Source: Candidatus Velesiimonas alkalicola
Lineage (GTDB): Bacteria; Omnitrophota; Gorgyraeia; Velesiimonadales; Velesiimonadaceae
Length of the DNA: 64,000 nt
Assembly (NCBI GenBank): GCA_013626165.1
Contig: NDHX01000009.1
Span: forward strand, 2,007-66,006
Direction of reading: 5' to 3'
Under the pieces are notes generated by a model, which saw only the letters and a list, made by a program, of their open reading frames with translations, ran no database searches and was not told the origin of the DNA. How positions within the stretch are numbered: the first letter of the stretch is position 1; every line of letters begins with the position of its first letter. Positions 17,840 to 29,390 of the stretch are shown here, piece by piece. Both the position numbers and the translations under genes were made by a program.

Positions 17840-18717
17840 CTTGTTACTATCACCTCGCAACCGGGAACAAGAAGAGCATATAACTGTTCTACATCCTTGT
17901 TTGTCATCCTTATGCAACCTCTTGTGATATGTTTTCCTATGCTTGATGGGTCAGTAGTTCCATGTATGCCGTAGCCTTTGAGGCAAAATCCCATCCATCT
18001 TGTTCCGAGAATATTTTCTGGACTTCCAAATGGAATAACAGGACCACCTGGTTTATACCAGACAGGATTTACAAGTTTTTCTTTAACTGTAAAATTTCCC
18101 TCAGGCGTGGGGGTGTCAGGTGCCCCTGTTGCGACTCTGTAGACCTTTATTACATCATTACCGGATTTAAGTGTGAGTGTATTAAAAGATAAGTTCACAA
18201 CAACTGAAAACTTATGTTTTGGAACCTTAATCTTCATTCCGGGATATATGACATTGCTTGAAAGCCCATTTGCAATTTTTAGATATTCAACAGTTGTGTA
18301 ATGTGAATTTGCAATTCTGTAAAGTGTGTCCCCCCGTTTTACAGTTATAAACTGACTGTCCGGTGTTTCTATGTTTGAAAAAAGAAGCCTTGTATTTACC
18401 TCCCAGAGTAGATTTTGCGCATCCCGCATATGTGCAAGCCCTGTTCCTGTTAATACCGCTTGTTTTAAGTATTTTTGCGCATCTTGTAACAAACCCAATT
18501 TTTGCGATATCCTTCCAGAATGATATAATGCCTCCGATCTTAAAGACGAATCCTCAGGTGATTTTGCAACAGCCTGTGTATAAAAATTAAGAGCAGCCCT
18601 TGGGTCACTTTTTTCAATATTTTTTCCTTTTAAAATAAGTGCAAAATTTGAATTATCAGTTGAGAGCAAGATAAAAGGAAATAACAGAATTGATAACAAC
18701 CAGATATATTTTTTCAT
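17836..18717 (-). CDS. L,D-transpeptidase with TPR-like and LysM domains
   Basis: Signal peptide, [11 protein letters not shown] (LysM), YGIHGT...TRGCIRM (YkuD). Confidence 0.9.
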   Translation of the reverse strand: MKKYIWLLSILLFPFILLSTDNSNFALILKGKNIEKSDPRAALNFYTQAVAKSPEDSSLRSEALYHSGRISQKLGLLQDAQKYLKQAVLTGTGLAHMRDAQNLLWEVNTRLLFSNIETPDSQFITVKRGDTLYRIANSHYTTVEYLKIANGLSSNVIYPGMKIKVPKHKFSVVVNLSFNTLTLKSGNDVIKVYRVATGAPDTPTPEGNFTVKEKLVNPVWYKPGGPVIPFGSPENILGTRWMGFCLKGYGIHGTTDPSSIGKHITRGCIRMTNKDVEQLYALLVPGCEVIVTR

Positions 18718-18750
18718 TTTTCCTCCGCAGTAAAGGGTACAAAGAACCTG

Positions 18751-20085
18751 TTAGTCCATCTTCTGTCCTGTTCCTCCGAAAGATTTCTTTAAAGCTACAG
18801 AGGTTTGAGGATTTAAAAGATTCATTATATCCATATTAAGTTCTGGATGAATTTTTTTTAGTTCTTCCTTACTTAATTTAGAAACAGATGTTTCCTTGTT
18901 TTTGACATATACCATAAGGTTGCCGACAGCTCTATGTGCATCCCTGAATGAAACTCCTTTTTTGACAAGATACTCTGCAATATCGGTTGCATAAAGTTCT
19001 TCATCTAATAAAGACTGTTTTATTTTTTCTCTATTAAAGCCTATTAAGGAAAACACAAGCCCCAGGACCGAAACAGATTTTTCTATTGTTTGTATTGAAC
19101 TAAAAAGGGGGGGTTTATCTTCCTGCATATCCCTGTTATATGTCATCGGAAGCCCTTTCATCAATGTAAGCATCTGTACAAGATTCCCGTATAAGATTCC
19201 AGTCTTGCCTCTTATGAGTTCAAGAACATCAGGATTTTTCTTATGGGGCATCATACTTGAACCCGTTACAACAGAATCATCAAGCACAACCCATCCGAAT
19301 TCCTGTGTATTCCATAATATTATATCCTCACAAATCCTTGAAAGATGCATACCTGCTATTGCACATCCTGACAGGAGCTCTATAACAAAATCCCTGTCAG
19401 AAACAGCGTCCATAGAATTTTTTGAGATAGAATCAAACCCGAGTTTTTTTGCAACAAACGCTCTGTCTATATTCAAAGATGTTCCTGCAATTGCACAAGA
19501 ACCAAGCGGAAGTATATTCACCCTTTTCAGGGCGTCTTTAAATCTCCATATATCTCTTTCAAGCATTTCTATATATGAATTAAGATGATGAGAAAGAAAC
19601 ACAGGCTGTGCATGTTGAAGGTGTGTGTAACCGGGTATGATTATATCTTTATTATCTGCTCCTGTCTTTGCAATTATGTTGATTAATTTTTCCATTGAAT
19701 TGATAATTTTGTTTACAGTATCCCTGCAGTATAGCCTCGTATCTAAAGAAATCTGATCATTTCTTGAACGGGCGGTATGAATCTTTTTTGCAACATTCCC
19801 GACCTTTTCTTCAACAAGAAACTGAACACAGGAATGAACATCCTCAAATTCTTTTATTATTTTTAGATTTCCGCTGTTATAATCATTAAGTATACTCTTA
19901 AAAGCGAGTGTAAGTATTTTTTCTTCTTTTTTTGTTATAATGCCGCACTTACAAAGCATCTGAATATGTGCAATGCTTCCCATCACATCATATGGAAAAA
20001 GGACAAAATCAAATGAAAAACTCTGCGTCCAATCAAATACCTGTTTAGAGACTTTCTTCTCACCTTCGCCCCAGAGTGTTTTCAA
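18751..20085 (-). CDS. argH: Argininosuccinate lyase
   Basis: HTARSRNDQ, PGYTHLQHAQP, GSSMMPHKKNPD, YNRDMQEDK; TTG start with SD AGGAGG. Confidence 0.96.
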   Translation of the reverse strand: MKTLWGEGEKKVSKQVFDWTQSFSFDFVLFPYDVMGSIAHIQMLCKCGIITKKEEKILTLAFKSILNDYNSGNLKIIKEFEDVHSCVQFLVEEKVGNVAKKIHTARSRNDQISLDTRLYCRDTVNKIINSMEKLINIIAKTGADNKDIIIPGYTHLQHAQPVFLSHHLNSYIEMLERDIWRFKDALKRVNILPLGSCAIAGTSLNIDRAFVAKKLGFDSISKNSMDAVSDRDFVIELLSGCAIAGMHLSRICEDIILWNTQEFGWVVLDDSVVTGSSMMPHKKNPDVLELIRGKTGILYGNLVQMLTLMKGLPMTYNRDMQEDKPPLFSSIQTIEKSVSVLGLVFSLIGFNREKIKQSLLDEELYATDIAEYLVKKGVSFRDAHRAVGNLMVYVKNKETSVSKLSKEELKKIHPELNMDIMNLLNPQTSVALKKSFGGTGQKMD

Positions 20086-20172
20086 ATTTCCTCCTTAACT
20101 ATAGTGCCCATTGCACAAACCCTGCTTCTACTTGGGGCACCCCTCAGGTTGAGTGGGTTATGCTCACAGGCT

Positions 20173-21288
20173 CTATAAAAACGCGCTGCTTACTGTGTCA
20201 CAAAAAAGTATTCCCTTCGGAGTGAGAAAAATCCTGTTATCTTTTAATGATATTAAACCGCCTTGAATAAGTCCATTTATACTGTCAAACTCTAACTCTT
20301 CAAAATCAAACCCTGTTTTTTGTTTAAACCATATCTTTTCTATACCATCCATTGTTCTTATCTTCAGTGCCGCTGTTTCTTTTGCTTTTTCAATTGGAGA
20401 TAAATTTTCACTAAACACAGTTACCTGTTCACCTGAATTTACACAATCTATATAGCCGGATACCTCTGAAATATTTCTGCTTCGGACCCCGTTAATATAA
20501 GATACGGCTGATGCACCGAGCCCGATGTATTCCTCATTCATCCAGTATGTTTCATTATGCCTGCACTTAAATCCGTCCCTTGCAAAGTTGGATATCTCAT
20601 ATTGCTTAAAACCCATCCTTCTTAGACTTTCTATTATACAAAGGTACATCTCTGAGACAATGCTGTCCTCAAGAGGTTTTATAAGATTTTTTTTCAAATC
20701 ACAATAAATTTTTGTCCCTTCTTCATAACCGAGTGAATACCATGATATATGATTAACGGGAATATTTTCAAGCACCTTTATATTATTTTTTATATCATTT
20801 ATCTTTTGTCCAGGTGTTCCAAACATTAAATCAATGCTTATATTCTCAAAACCAGCCTGATGAATATTATCTATCGCTTTCAGACAGGACCGGACACTAT
20901 GCCTTCTGCCAAGCGTTTTTAATATTTTATCATTAAAAGACTGAATTCCAATACTTATTCTGTTGACGCCCCGCTCTAAAAGTAAAGACGCCTTTTCCCT
21001 ATCAAGGGTATCAGGATTTGCTTCAATTGTTAACTCATATCCTTTGTTTAAAAGACTTTGGACACTTTTTAAAAGACTTTCCAATGTTTTTATATCAAGA
21101 ACTGTGGGTGTTCCACCACCTATATAGACTGTTGAAAACCGAGCCCTTAATCCCTCAATCTGTTTTTTTAAGGCATCTATATAAGAGACAGACAATTTGG
21201 GACTGTATAAAATACTATAAAAATCACAATACCTGCATTTACCGGAACAAAAAGGAATATGAATGTATAAACAGGAAGGATTAGACAT
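20173..21288 (-). CDS. hemW: Radical SAM heme chaperone HemW-like
   Basis: LYIHIPFCSGKCRYCDF, GGGTPT, YEISNFA...HN..YW. Confidence 0.88.
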   Translation of the reverse strand: MSNPSCLYIHIPFCSGKCRYCDFYSILYSPKLSVSYIDALKKQIEGLRARFSTVYIGGGTPTVLDIKTLESLLKSVQSLLNKGYELTIEANPDTLDREKASLLLERGVNRISIGIQSFNDKILKTLGRRHSVRSCLKAIDNIHQAGFENISIDLMFGTPGQKINDIKNNIKVLENIPVNHISWYSLGYEEGTKIYCDLKKNLIKPLEDSIVSEMYLCIIESLRRMGFKQYEISNFARDGFKCRHNETYWMNEEYIGLGASAVSYINGVRSRNISEVSGYIDCVNSGEQVTVFSENLSPIEKAKETAALKIRTMDGIEKIWFKQKTGFDFEELEFDSINGLIQGGLISLKDNRIFLTPKGILFCDTVSSAFL

Positions 21289-21377
21289 TGTTAGAAATCC
21301 ACAAAGTTTATTACATAACCCCGTTGCCCATCACCTCGTCATCAGTCACCTGTTCTATGGGGCCGTGCAACGGGGCC

Positions 21378-22637
21378 TTACAATGCAAATATACCTGGAA
21401 ATTCTAAGGTTTGCTTTAATTCCTGCAAAAATTTTGACCCCAATACACCATCTATAACCCTGTGGTCTGCAGAAAGGGTTATATGCATTATATCCCTTAC
21501 AATGATTTTATCCCCCGATACAACCGGTTGTTTTGATATTGAGCCTATTGCAAGAATGGCACTTTCACCCGGTATGATTATTGCACTGAACGATTCTACA
21601 CCAAACATACCAAGGTTGGATACTGTAAGAACACTTCCTCTGTACTCATCAGGAAGAAGTTTTTTATCCCTTGCCTTTCCTATCAGTGCCTTGCTTTCTG
21701 CGGATATTTCGGACAATGATTTTTTATCCGCATCTTTTATTACAGGCACAATAAGCCCATCCTCTATGGCAACTGCAATCCCGATATTTATATTCTGCTT
21801 TAGTTCTAAACCCTGCTGTGTCCATACAGAGGCTATGTACGGATTATTTTTTATTACATAAGAAACGGCTTTTACTATAAAATCATTGTAGCCCACATCC
21901 ATGTTTTTTGATTTTAACAGGCTTCTAAAACCCATAAGGTGCGTCATATCAACAGAAATTGTTATATAAAAATGCGGGATACTTGTTTTACTTTTGACCA
22001 TTTTTTCGGCAATAATTTTTCTCATAGAAGAAAAGGTGGGCTTCTGAAATGAAAGCACATCTTCTTTTGTGATCTTACCTTCCTCACCAGAACCTTCTAT
22101 TGAATATCTGTCCAAGCCTTTTTGCCTTATCAACTCTTCTGCAACAGGTGTTATCTTTACCTTTGGCATTTTTTCAATAAATTCAAGAACATCTTTTTCA
22201 ACAATCCTACCCTGTGGACCTGTGCCTCTGATTTTTGTAATATCTATACCCTTTTCCTTTACCATTGTCTTTGCTCTGGGAGATATAAAAATTCTGCCCT
22301 CTTCTTTTTTTACCTCAATATGTTCTTCTTTTTTAAGGACAATTTCTTCCTTTTTTTGTTCTGCCGCAAAAATACTTTGGGCATCAGGAACAGACTCATT
22401 CTTATCGCCTATAAATCCGATAACATCTGTTACAGGCACCGTCTGTCCATCCTGAACAACAATTTTTTTTAAATATCCTTCCTGCGGACTTTCAAACTCA
22501 AATGTTGCCTTATCTGTTGTCATTTCAAGGATTGGCTCTCCTTTTTTAATAAAGTCGCCCTCCTTTTTAAGCCATCTTTCTATTTTGCCTTCTTCCATTG
22601 TCTCTCCGAGTTTTGGCATTATAATCTGGCTTATCAT
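21378..22637 (-). CDS. 2-oxoacid dehydrogenase E2 dihydrolipoamide acyltransferase
   Basis: Lipoyl motif TDKA, two E3-binding domains, DHRVIDG. Confidence 0.93.
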   Translation of the reverse strand: MISQIIMPKLGETMEEGKIERWLKKEGDFIKKGEPILEMTTDKATFEFESPQEGYLKKIVVQDGQTVPVTDVIGFIGDKNESVPDAQSIFAAEQKKEEIVLKKEEHIEVKKEEGRIFISPRAKTMVKEKGIDITKIRGTGPQGRIVEKDVLEFIEKMPKVKITPVAEELIRQKGLDRYSIEGSGEEGKITKEDVLSFQKPTFSSMRKIIAEKMVKSKTSIPHFYITISVDMTHLMGFRSLLKSKNMDVGYNDFIVKAVSYVIKNNPYIASVWTQQGLELKQNINIGIAVAIEDGLIVPVIKDADKKSLSEISAESKALIGKARDKKLLPDEYRGSVLTVSNLGMFGVESFSAIIIPGESAILAIGSISKQPVVSGDKIIVRDIMHITLSADHRVIDGVLGSKFLQELKQTLEFPGIFAL

Positions 22638-23623
22638 TTTAGACCTCCAATTGAAAGTACTTTTTTTACAGCATTTATTATTTTGTTTTTGTCTGGAAGC
22701 ATTTCTGCAATAAGGGTAGGACTCATAGGAGGTGGAACATCTTCGGAGCAGACCCTTTGCACAGGTGCATCCAAGTGGTCAAAAACCCGTTCCATAATCT
22801 GTGAACATACTTCCCCCGCAAATCCCCCTGTCTTGCATCCTTCGGAAACCACAACCGCTTTTCCAGTCTTTTTTACAGAGGTTATAATAAGTTCTATATC
22901 AAGCGGTTTTAATGTCCTTGGGTCAATCACCTCACATTCTATACCTTGTTTTGAAAGCTCATCAGAAGCAGAGAGTGCCTCATAAACCATCCTGCTGTAT
23001 GCAATAATAGTTACATCTTTGCCTTTTCTTTTAATATCACCAACGCCGATTGGAATTGTATATTCTTCTTCAGGAACACTACCTTTCTGTCCGTAGAGAA
23101 GTTTATGTTCAATAAATATTATAGGATTATCATCTTTTATACAACTTTTTAAAAGTCCTTTTGCATCATATGGTGTTGCAGGCATGACAACATAAATACC
23201 TGGGGTATGAACATACCATGCCTCTAATGATTGTGCATGCTGTCCTGCAAGGCCACGGCCTGCGCCTCCCTGGGTTCTTAAAACCATAGGCACCTTAACC
23301 TTGCCTGCGAACATATAACGGTTTTTTGCACCATGGTTGCAGAACTCATCCATTGCAATTGTTGAAAAATCTATATACATAATCTCAATAACAGGTCTTG
23401 TGCCGGTCATTGCCGCACCTACACCCGCACCTGCAATTGCTGCTTCGCTTATGGCTGTATCTCTGACTCTTTCTGCCCCATACTTCTGATATAGACCTCT
23501 TGTAACACCGTAAGCACCACCATAAATTCCAACATCTTCTCCCATAATAAAAACTGACGGGTCTTTATCCATCTCTTCCTGTAATGCTTCATTTAGTGCC
23601 TGCCCATATGTTATTTCGCGCAT
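22634..23623 (-). CDS. 2-oxoacid (pyruvate/acetoin) dehydrogenase E1 beta
   Basis: GEDVG, DTAISE, QHAQSLE, EVIDPRTLKPLD. Confidence 0.93.
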   Translation of the reverse strand: MREITYGQALNEALQEEMDKDPSVFIMGEDVGIYGGAYGVTRGLYQKYGAERVRDTAISEAAIAGAGVGAAMTGTRPVIEIMYIDFSTIAMDEFCNHGAKNRYMFAGKVKVPMVLRTQGGAGRGLAGQHAQSLEAWYVHTPGIYVVMPATPYDAKGLLKSCIKDDNPIIFIEHKLLYGQKGSVPEEEYTIPIGVGDIKRKGKDVTIIAYSRMVYEALSASDELSKQGIECEVIDPRTLKPLDIELIITSVKKTGKAVVVSEGCKTGGFAGEVCSQIMERVFDHLDAPVQRVCSEDVPPPMSPTLIAEMLPDKNKIINAVKKVLSIGGLK

Positions 23624-23740
23624 ATACCCCCCCAAAAAAAACATAGTAGATAGGAAAAATATCCCTCCTTTTATAAAGGAGGGTTTGGTGGATTATATTT
23701 TCCCCTACCTCCTATCTACTATCTACTACCTACTATGTTC

Positions 23741-24700
23741 TTACACATACACATCATCATACAAATTTTCCGGTTCTGGGTATGGACTTTCCATCGCAAA
23801 CTTTTCAGCGTCGTCTATTTCTTTAGATACCTGCTTTTCCATTTCAAGATATTTTTCTTCGTTAATCATTTTCCATTCAATCATTTTTGCTTTTAATTGC
23901 AGGATAGGACATTTTGCTTTCCATAGCATTTCTTCTTCTTTTGTCCTGTAGACCCTCGGATCACTTCTTGAATGCCCAAAATATCTGTATGTCTTACATT
24001 CTATCAGAGAAGGACCTCTTGATTTTCTTGCTGCTTCTACAAATTTTTCAACAGTTTGTTTTACGGTAAAAACATTCATTCCGTCCACAACCTCAGAAGG
24101 CATGCAATAGGATTGAGCCTTGATTGCTATATCAGAATGGGGACATGCTCTTTGGACAGATACACTCATCCCATAGAGATTGTTTTCGCATATATACACT
24201 ACTGGTAATTTCCATGTTGATGCCATATTAAGTGATTCATGGAATGCACCCGTGTTTGTTGCGCCATCTCCGAAAAAACAAAGACAGACCTGGTCTGTTT
24301 TTTTTAATTTTATTGAAAGTCCAGCCCCTGTTGCAACAGGGATATTGCCCCCGACAATTCCTGTTGCACCCAAGTTTCCGCTTTCAATGTCACAGATATG
24401 CATAGAACCACCGCGTCCTTTACAATATCCTGTTAATTTCCCGCATACCTCTGCCATCATTTTTTTTAAGTTCGCGCCTTTGGCGATGCAATGCCCATGC
24501 CCTCTGTGTGTGGATGTTATATAATCAGACTGTTTGATTGCTGCACACGCTCCTACTGCAACTGCCTCTTCACCTGCATAAAGATGCGATGCACCCTCTA
24601 CAATATTCCTTGCAAGAAGATCCATAACCCTTTCTTCAAACAGCCTGATTCTTAACATCTGCAAAAGATAAAATTCACACTCTTTAAAATCTGGCTTCAT
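23741..24700 (-). CDS. 2-oxoacid (pyruvate/acetoin) dehydrogenase E1 alpha
   Basis: STHRGHGH, GGSMH, FFGDGA...ENN TPP motif, TYRYFGHS. Confidence 0.93.
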   Translation of the reverse strand: MKPDFKECEFYLLQMLRIRLFEERVMDLLARNIVEGASHLYAGEEAVAVGACAAIKQSDYITSTHRGHGHCIAKGANLKKMMAEVCGKLTGYCKGRGGSMHICDIESGNLGATGIVGGNIPVATGAGLSIKLKKTDQVCLCFFGDGATNTGAFHESLNMASTWKLPVVYICENNLYGMSVSVQRACPHSDIAIKAQSYCMPSEVVDGMNVFTVKQTVEKFVEAARKSRGPSLIECKTYRYFGHSRSDPRVYRTKEEEMLWKAKCPILQLKAKMIEWKMINEEKYLEMEKQVSKEIDDAEKFAMESPYPEPENLYDDVYV

Positions 24701-24849
24701 ATACCTCCACAATAAGGCATTCGCCTTTTTGGATCTTCTTTTAAGCCTGTTTCCGACTTGTCTGAGGGACAGGCCCCGTGAAACTTTAAGAGCTCACTGG
24801 CGACTGGTGCTCTGATAAGGCGGATGAGAAGCTCACGGGCTCATAAGTA

Positions 24850-25353
24850 TTATACATTCTTTTTTGCATTAATCATTTTTTTTACCCACAGGACCAAGCC
24901 TCCCGAATCTATAATTTCGCGTATAAGTTCCGGGAAAGGTTCTGCCTTAAATTCTTTTCCATTTGTGATATTTTTTATAATACCGGTTTGGGGATTAATC
25001 TCAATTGTATCTGCTTCAGATGTGTTTTTAACGCACTCAACAGACTCAAATATGGGAAGTCCTATATTTATGGCATTCCTGTAGAATATTCCCGCAAAAG
25101 AAGATGCTACAACACAAGATACACCAGCTGCTTTTATTGCAATTGGAGCATGCTCTCTTGAAGAACCACAACCAAAGTTTTTACCTGCAACAATTATATC
25201 CGCTTTTGCCAGTTTTTTGACAAAATCCGCATCTATAGATTCCATACAATGTTTTGCAAGTTCCAGCGGGTCAGTTGTATTCAAATATCTTGCAGGTATA
25301 ATTACATCTGTATCAATATTATCGCCAAACTTATAAACCCTGCCCCTGAACAC
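24850..25353 (-). CDS. leuD: 3-isopropylmalate dehydratase small subunit
   Basis: [21 protein letters not shown]; GTG start at 25353 with SD GGAGG (the longer ORF start is repeat-derived). Confidence 0.92.
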   Translation of the reverse strand: MFRGRVYKFGDNIDTDVIIPARYLNTTDPLELAKHCMESIDADFVKKLAKADIIVAGKNFGCGSSREHAPIAIKAAGVSCVVASSFAGIFYRNAINIGLPIFESVECVKNTSEADTIEINPQTGIIKNITNGKEFKAEPFPELIREIIDSGGLVLWVKKMINAKKNV

Positions 25354-25375
25354 ATTTTCCTCCGATATTAAGAGT

Positions 25376-25439
25376 GCACCAGAGCACCAGTGCACCAGTG
25401 CACCAGAGCACCAGTGCACCAGTGCACCAGAACACCAGT
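25376..25439. repeat. Octamer tandem repeat (GCACCAGW)x8
   Basis: Eight units counted directly (last is ACACCAGT); same family at 15425-15455, 24796-24815, 30955-30992, 41456-41495, 57377-57413. Confidence 0.95.
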
Positions 25440-25453
25440 CACCATTTTTTCTC

Positions 25454-25485
25454 CTACCTATTATCTACTACCTACTACCTACTGC
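25454..25485. repeat. Heptamer tandem repeat (CTACCTA/CTATCTA family)
   Basis: ctaccta ttatcta ctaccta ctaccta; same family at 23706-23735, 46184-46228, 49846-49922. Confidence 0.85.
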
Positions 25486-25486
25486 C

Positions 25487-25870
25487 TTATTTATACACTT
25501 CTTCTGGTTTAAACACCTTTTCTTTAACCTTTTTTAATGTTCCATCGGACTGAATCTGTCTGTAAAAACAGGACCTGAATCCCATGTGGCAAGCACCGCC
25601 TTTTTGTTCTACCTTTATAAGCACAGCATCGTTATCGCAATCTATGAGCATCTGTTTTACGGTTTGTGTGTGCCTGGAAGTTTCGCCCTTTACCCATAAC
25701 TTTTTTCTTGAACGGGACCAGAAACTTACTCTTCCGGTTTCTAATGTCTGTAAAAGTGACTCTTCATTCATATATGCAACCATAAGAACTTCATTATTTT
25801 TACCATCCTGTATAATTGCAGGTATTAGCCCGTTTTCATCAAATTTTAGGATGGAAATAGTTTTTTTCAT
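25487..25870 (-). CDS. hisI: Phosphoribosyl-AMP cyclohydrolase
   Basis: [29 protein letters not shown]. Confidence 0.96.
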   Translation of the reverse strand: MKKTISILKFDENGLIPAIIQDGKNNEVLMVAYMNEESLLQTLETGRVSFWSRSRKKLWVKGETSRHTQTVKQMLIDCDNDAVLIKVEQKGGACHMGFRSCFYRQIQSDGTLKKVKEKVFKPEEVYK

Positions 25871-26622
25871 ATTCTTACTTCTACTTTTTGAATTTTAAGA
25901 TATTCTTTTACCTGTCTTATTGTAAGTTCTCCGAAATGGAAAAGAGATGCCGCAAGCACTGCATCGGCTTTCCCATCTATTATAACACTTAAAAAATCTT
26001 CTAATCTGCCTGCCCCGCCTGATGCAATAACAGGGATGTTTAATATTTCAGAGACCCTTTTTGTAAGTTCCACATCGTAGCCCATCTTTGTTCCGTCTCT
26101 ATCCATGCTTGTAAGAAGTATCTCACCTGCTCCTAATCCTTCAACTGTTTTTGCCCATTGAACAGCATCAAGCCCTGTGGGAGTTCTACCGCCGTGTGTG
26201 TAGACCTGCCAGGAATTTTCCTTAAACCTTGCATCAATTGCAACAACTATGCACTGACTTCCAAACCTATCAGAGGCATATTTTATAAGTTCAGGGTTCT
26301 GAACAGCGGCAGTATTGATTGAAATTTTATCAGCCCCGACATTTAAAAGTTCTCTTATATCATCCTGGTTTCTTATTCCGCCTCCAACTGTAAGCGGTAT
26401 AAAAATTTTATCCGCCACTTTCTCTACAAGAGCCACCATTGTTTTTCTTTGCTCATATGATGCAGTTATATCAAGAAAAACAAGTTCATCAGCCCCTGCC
26501 TTATCATATGCAATTGCGGCCTGAACAGGGTCTGCCGCATCTGTTATATCAATAAACCTGATTCCTTTTACAACCCTTCCCTGCCTGACATCAAGACAGG
26601 GTATTATTCTTTTTGCAAGCAT
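25867..26622 (-). CDS. hisF: Imidazole glycerol phosphate synthase cyclase subunit
   Basis: [30 protein letters not shown]. Confidence 0.97.
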   Translation of the reverse strand: MLAKRIIPCLDVRQGRVVKGIRFIDITDAADPVQAAIAYDKAGADELVFLDITASYEQRKTMVALVEKVADKIFIPLTVGGGIRNQDDIRELLNVGADKISINTAAVQNPELIKYASDRFGSQCIVVAIDARFKENSWQVYTHGGRTPTGLDAVQWAKTVEGLGAGEILLTSMDRDGTKMGYDVELTKRVSEILNIPVIASGGAGRLEDFLSVIIDGKADAVLAASLFHFGELTIRQVKEYLKIQKVEVRI

Positions 26623-26633
26623 ACAGGGTTCCT

Positions 26634-27362
26634 TTATTCTTCCTTAGCCATTGTTTTTATTTGTTCCATTGTAATGCTTCCCTCATAAAGGGCCTTGCCG
26701 ATTATACAACCAAACACCCTTGAATTTTTAAGACTATAAATGTTTTGAATATCCGAAATTGTTGTTATTCCGCCTGATATTATCACACTTAAAGAAGTAT
26801 TTTTTAAGATTTGTTTAACCCCTTCAATATTGGGCCCTTGCATTGCTCCGTCTTTTAAGATGTCTGTATAGATAATGGTCTTTATTCCAATTTTATCAAT
26901 ATCCTTCACAATATCAATTGCCTTTATCCCTGTTGTCATCTGCCATCCCTGAACAGCAACAAATCCGTTTCTTGAGTCTATACTTACTATAATTTTTTCA
27001 CCAAATATATTATTTGCCTTTTTTACAAACTCCAGATCTTCACATAATTTTGTGCACATTGTCACATAAGAACACCCGGTTGCTATTGCCTCTTTTATCA
27101 AATCCATGCTCCTTATCCCGCCGCCAAACTCTATATCAATACCTACGCTTTTAACAATATCGGATACAAGTTTTAAGTGAGTTGGCTTTCCGTCTCTTGC
27201 TCCGTTTAAGTCAACTATGTGAAGCCTTCTTGCTCCTTTTTCTTTCCATTTCCTTGCAACCTCCAACGGATTATCACTGTAAATCTTTGCTTTTGTATAA
27301 TCCCCCTGCAAAAGTCGGACAACCTTTTCGTCTAATAAATCTATAGCAGGTATAATAATCAT
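26634..27362 (-). CDS. hisA: ProFAR isomerase
   Basis: [31 protein letters not shown]. Confidence 0.95.
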   Translation of the reverse strand: MIIIPAIDLLDEKVVRLLQGDYTKAKIYSDNPLEVARKWKEKGARRLHIVDLNGARDGKPTHLKLVSDIVKSVGIDIEFGGGIRSMDLIKEAIATGCSYVTMCTKLCEDLEFVKKANNIFGEKIIVSIDSRNGFVAVQGWQMTTGIKAIDIVKDIDKIGIKTIIYTDILKDGAMQGPNIEGVKQILKNTSLSVIISGGITTISDIQNIYSLKNSRVFGCIIGKALYEGSITMEQIKTMAKEE

Positions 27363-27988
27363 AACTTTATAAAATTTTCCAGTACTTTTAGCCCCCAGCA
27401 CTGACTTTTTTCAGGATGAAACTGTGCAGCGTATATATTATCCTTACAAACAATTGAAGCAAATGTCTTTCCATACTCGGTTATGCCAACCACACTGTTT
27501 TGGTCCTCGGGCGCTCCATAATATGAGTGAACAAAGTAAAACCAGCTTCTGTCAGGCAGTCCTTTTACTATGAAACATTTTTTTGCCTGTTCCGTCCACT
27601 GGACACTGTTCCAGCCGATATGCGGAACCTTCAGCCTTGAGCCACTCTTATCTTTACCTGTAAATCTTTTTACCCTTCCCTTTATCAAATCAAGCCCCGA
27701 GAATACTCCCTCCTCATAACTTTCCGTAAAAACAAGTTGCAGCCCAAGACATATCCCCAATAACGGCTTTCCTGTCTTCACAAAATCTTTTATTGCACAA
27801 GAAATACCCTTTATATCAAGACAATTCATAGCATGCTTAAATGCACCAACGCCGGGAAGTATCAACTTACTTGCATTTTTTATAGCAGATACATCATCTG
27901 TAATAAGGGCTTCAAAACCAAGATAACGAAATGCCTTATAAATGCTCGCAAGATTTCCCATACCATAATCAATAATTACAATTTTCAC
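27359..27988 (-). CDS. hisH: Imidazole glycerol phosphate synthase glutaminase subunit
   Basis: IDYGMGNL, PGVGAF, GICLGLQ, QFHPEKS. Confidence 0.96.
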   Translation of the reverse strand: MKIVIIDYGMGNLASIYKAFRYLGFEALITDDVSAIKNASKLILPGVGAFKHAMNCLDIKGISCAIKDFVKTGKPLLGICLGLQLVFTESYEEGVFSGLDLIKGRVKRFTGKDKSGSRLKVPHIGWNSVQWTEQAKKCFIVKGLPDRSWFYFVHSYYGAPEDQNSVVGITEYGKTFASIVCKDNIYAAQFHPEKSQCWGLKVLENFIKL

Positions 27989-28019
27989 ATTTTGTTGTCG
28001 GGTGAATGTAGTCTGCTTT

Positions 28020-29390
28020 TTAATCTGTGGAATCAGGGTCTGATAAGAGTTTTTTAGCAGACCCTAAAATATTATATGTTCTATCAAGTATAATTTCTAT
28101 ATCACTGTTTTTTATACACAGAGGAAGGAAAAGATATATTACAGAATCCAGCGGTCTTAATATAAGAGAATTTTTAAGCCCCTGCTTATAAATCTTAAAT
28201 CCTATTCTATCTTTTAGGTCAAATGTTTTTTTACTCTGTTTATCTTTTACAAGTTCAAATGCACCTATCAACCCCTTATATCGGACATCTCCTACCAGAG
28301 ACAAAGAGCGAAATCTTTCCAATCCTCTATGAAAAAACTTTATTGTATCACGAATGTTTTCAATGGTATTTTCTTTTTCAAATATTTTAAGACTTGCAAT
28401 TGCAGCAGAAATAGAAACAGGATTTGCAGTATATGTATGCCCGTGAAAAAAAGTTTTTTTATTCTCATAATCATCATAGAAAATATCGTATATATTTTTT
28501 GTAGTAAGTGTAACCCCAAGCGGAAGATAACCCGATGTTATACCCTTTGACAGACACAGAAAATCGCAAGTGATATCGGCATAATTACAGGCAAACATCT
28601 TACCTGTTCTTCCAAATCCTGTTGCAACCTCGTCTAATATCAGATGCACATTGTGCTTTCTTGAAAGTTCAAAAACCTTTTTTAAATATTTTTCAGGATA
28701 TACTATCATCCCTCCTGCGGCAAGAACAATAGGCTCTAATATTATTGCACAGATACTTTTTGAATCTTTTTTTAATATATCCTCCATCTGTTTTATACAC
28801 TCTATGGAACAAGAATCTTTGCTTTTCCCGACAGGACATCTATAACAATATGGAGAATGAACCTTATAAGAAGAAAATAACAAAGGCTTGAAGACACTCT
28901 GAAAAACATCAATACTGCTTACAGACATCGCACCAATTGTATCCCCATGATACCCATAATCAAGAGATAAAAATTTCTTTTTTCCTTTTAACCCCGAATT
29001 ATGCCAGTACTGTAAAGACATTTTTAGCGCTGTCTCAATAGATGTTGAGCCGTTATCAGAATAGAATACCTTGTTCAGCCCCTTAGGTGCAATGGATACA
29101 ATTTTTTCTGAAAATATTACTGCAGGCTTATGCGTAAATCCCGCAAAAGATATATGAGAAAGAAGTCCTACCTGTTTTTTTATAGCCTGTTTGATTTTTG
29201 GATGGTTATGTCCATGAACATTACACCACCAACTTGAAAAAGTGTCATAATAAAAATTCCCTTTGTTGTCATAGAGTTTTACACCTTCGGCTTCCTGGAT
29301 AAATATCGGCGGAACCTGCTCTAAATCTTTCATCTGTGTATATGGATGCCAGTTGTGTTTTAAGTCTCTTCTTACCCAATCATTATTCAT
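28020..29390 (-). CDS. bioA: Adenosylmethionine-8-amino-7-oxononanoate transaminase
   Basis: WHPYTQM, SSWWCNVHGH, GYHGDTIGAMSV, DEVATGFGRTG, HGHTYTANP. Confidence 0.94.
   Translation of the reverse strand: MNNDWVRRDLKHNWHPYTQMKDLEQVPPIFIQEAEGVKLYDNKGNFYYDTFSSWWCNVHGHNHPKIKQAIKKQVGLLSHISFAGFTHKPAVIFSEKIVSIAPKGLNKVFYSDNGSTSIETALKMSLQYWHNSGLKGKKKFLSLDYGYHGDTIGAMSVSSIDVFQSVFKPLLFSSYKVHSPYCYRCPVGKSKDSCSIECIKQMEDILKKDSKSICAIILEPIVLAAGGMIVYPEKYLKKVFELSRKHNVHLILDEVATGFGRTGKMFACNYADITCDFLCLSKGITSGYLPLGVTLTTKNIYDIFYDDYENKKTFFHGHTYTANPVSISAAIASLKIFEKENTIENIRDTIKFFHRGLERFRSLSLVGDVRYKGLIGAFELVKDKQSKKTFDLKDRIGFKIYKQGLKNSLILRPLDSVIYLFLPLCIKNSDIEIILDRTYNILGSAKKLLSDPDSTD

Noticed and set aside
25354-25419. 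N-terminal extensions of LeuD (MHWCSGALV) and of the 57411 ORF (MLWCAGALV)
   Set aside because: Translations of octamer repeats; downstream starts fit better
25376-25485. CRISPR array
   Set aside because: 7-8-nt tandem units without spacers; no cas genes in the window
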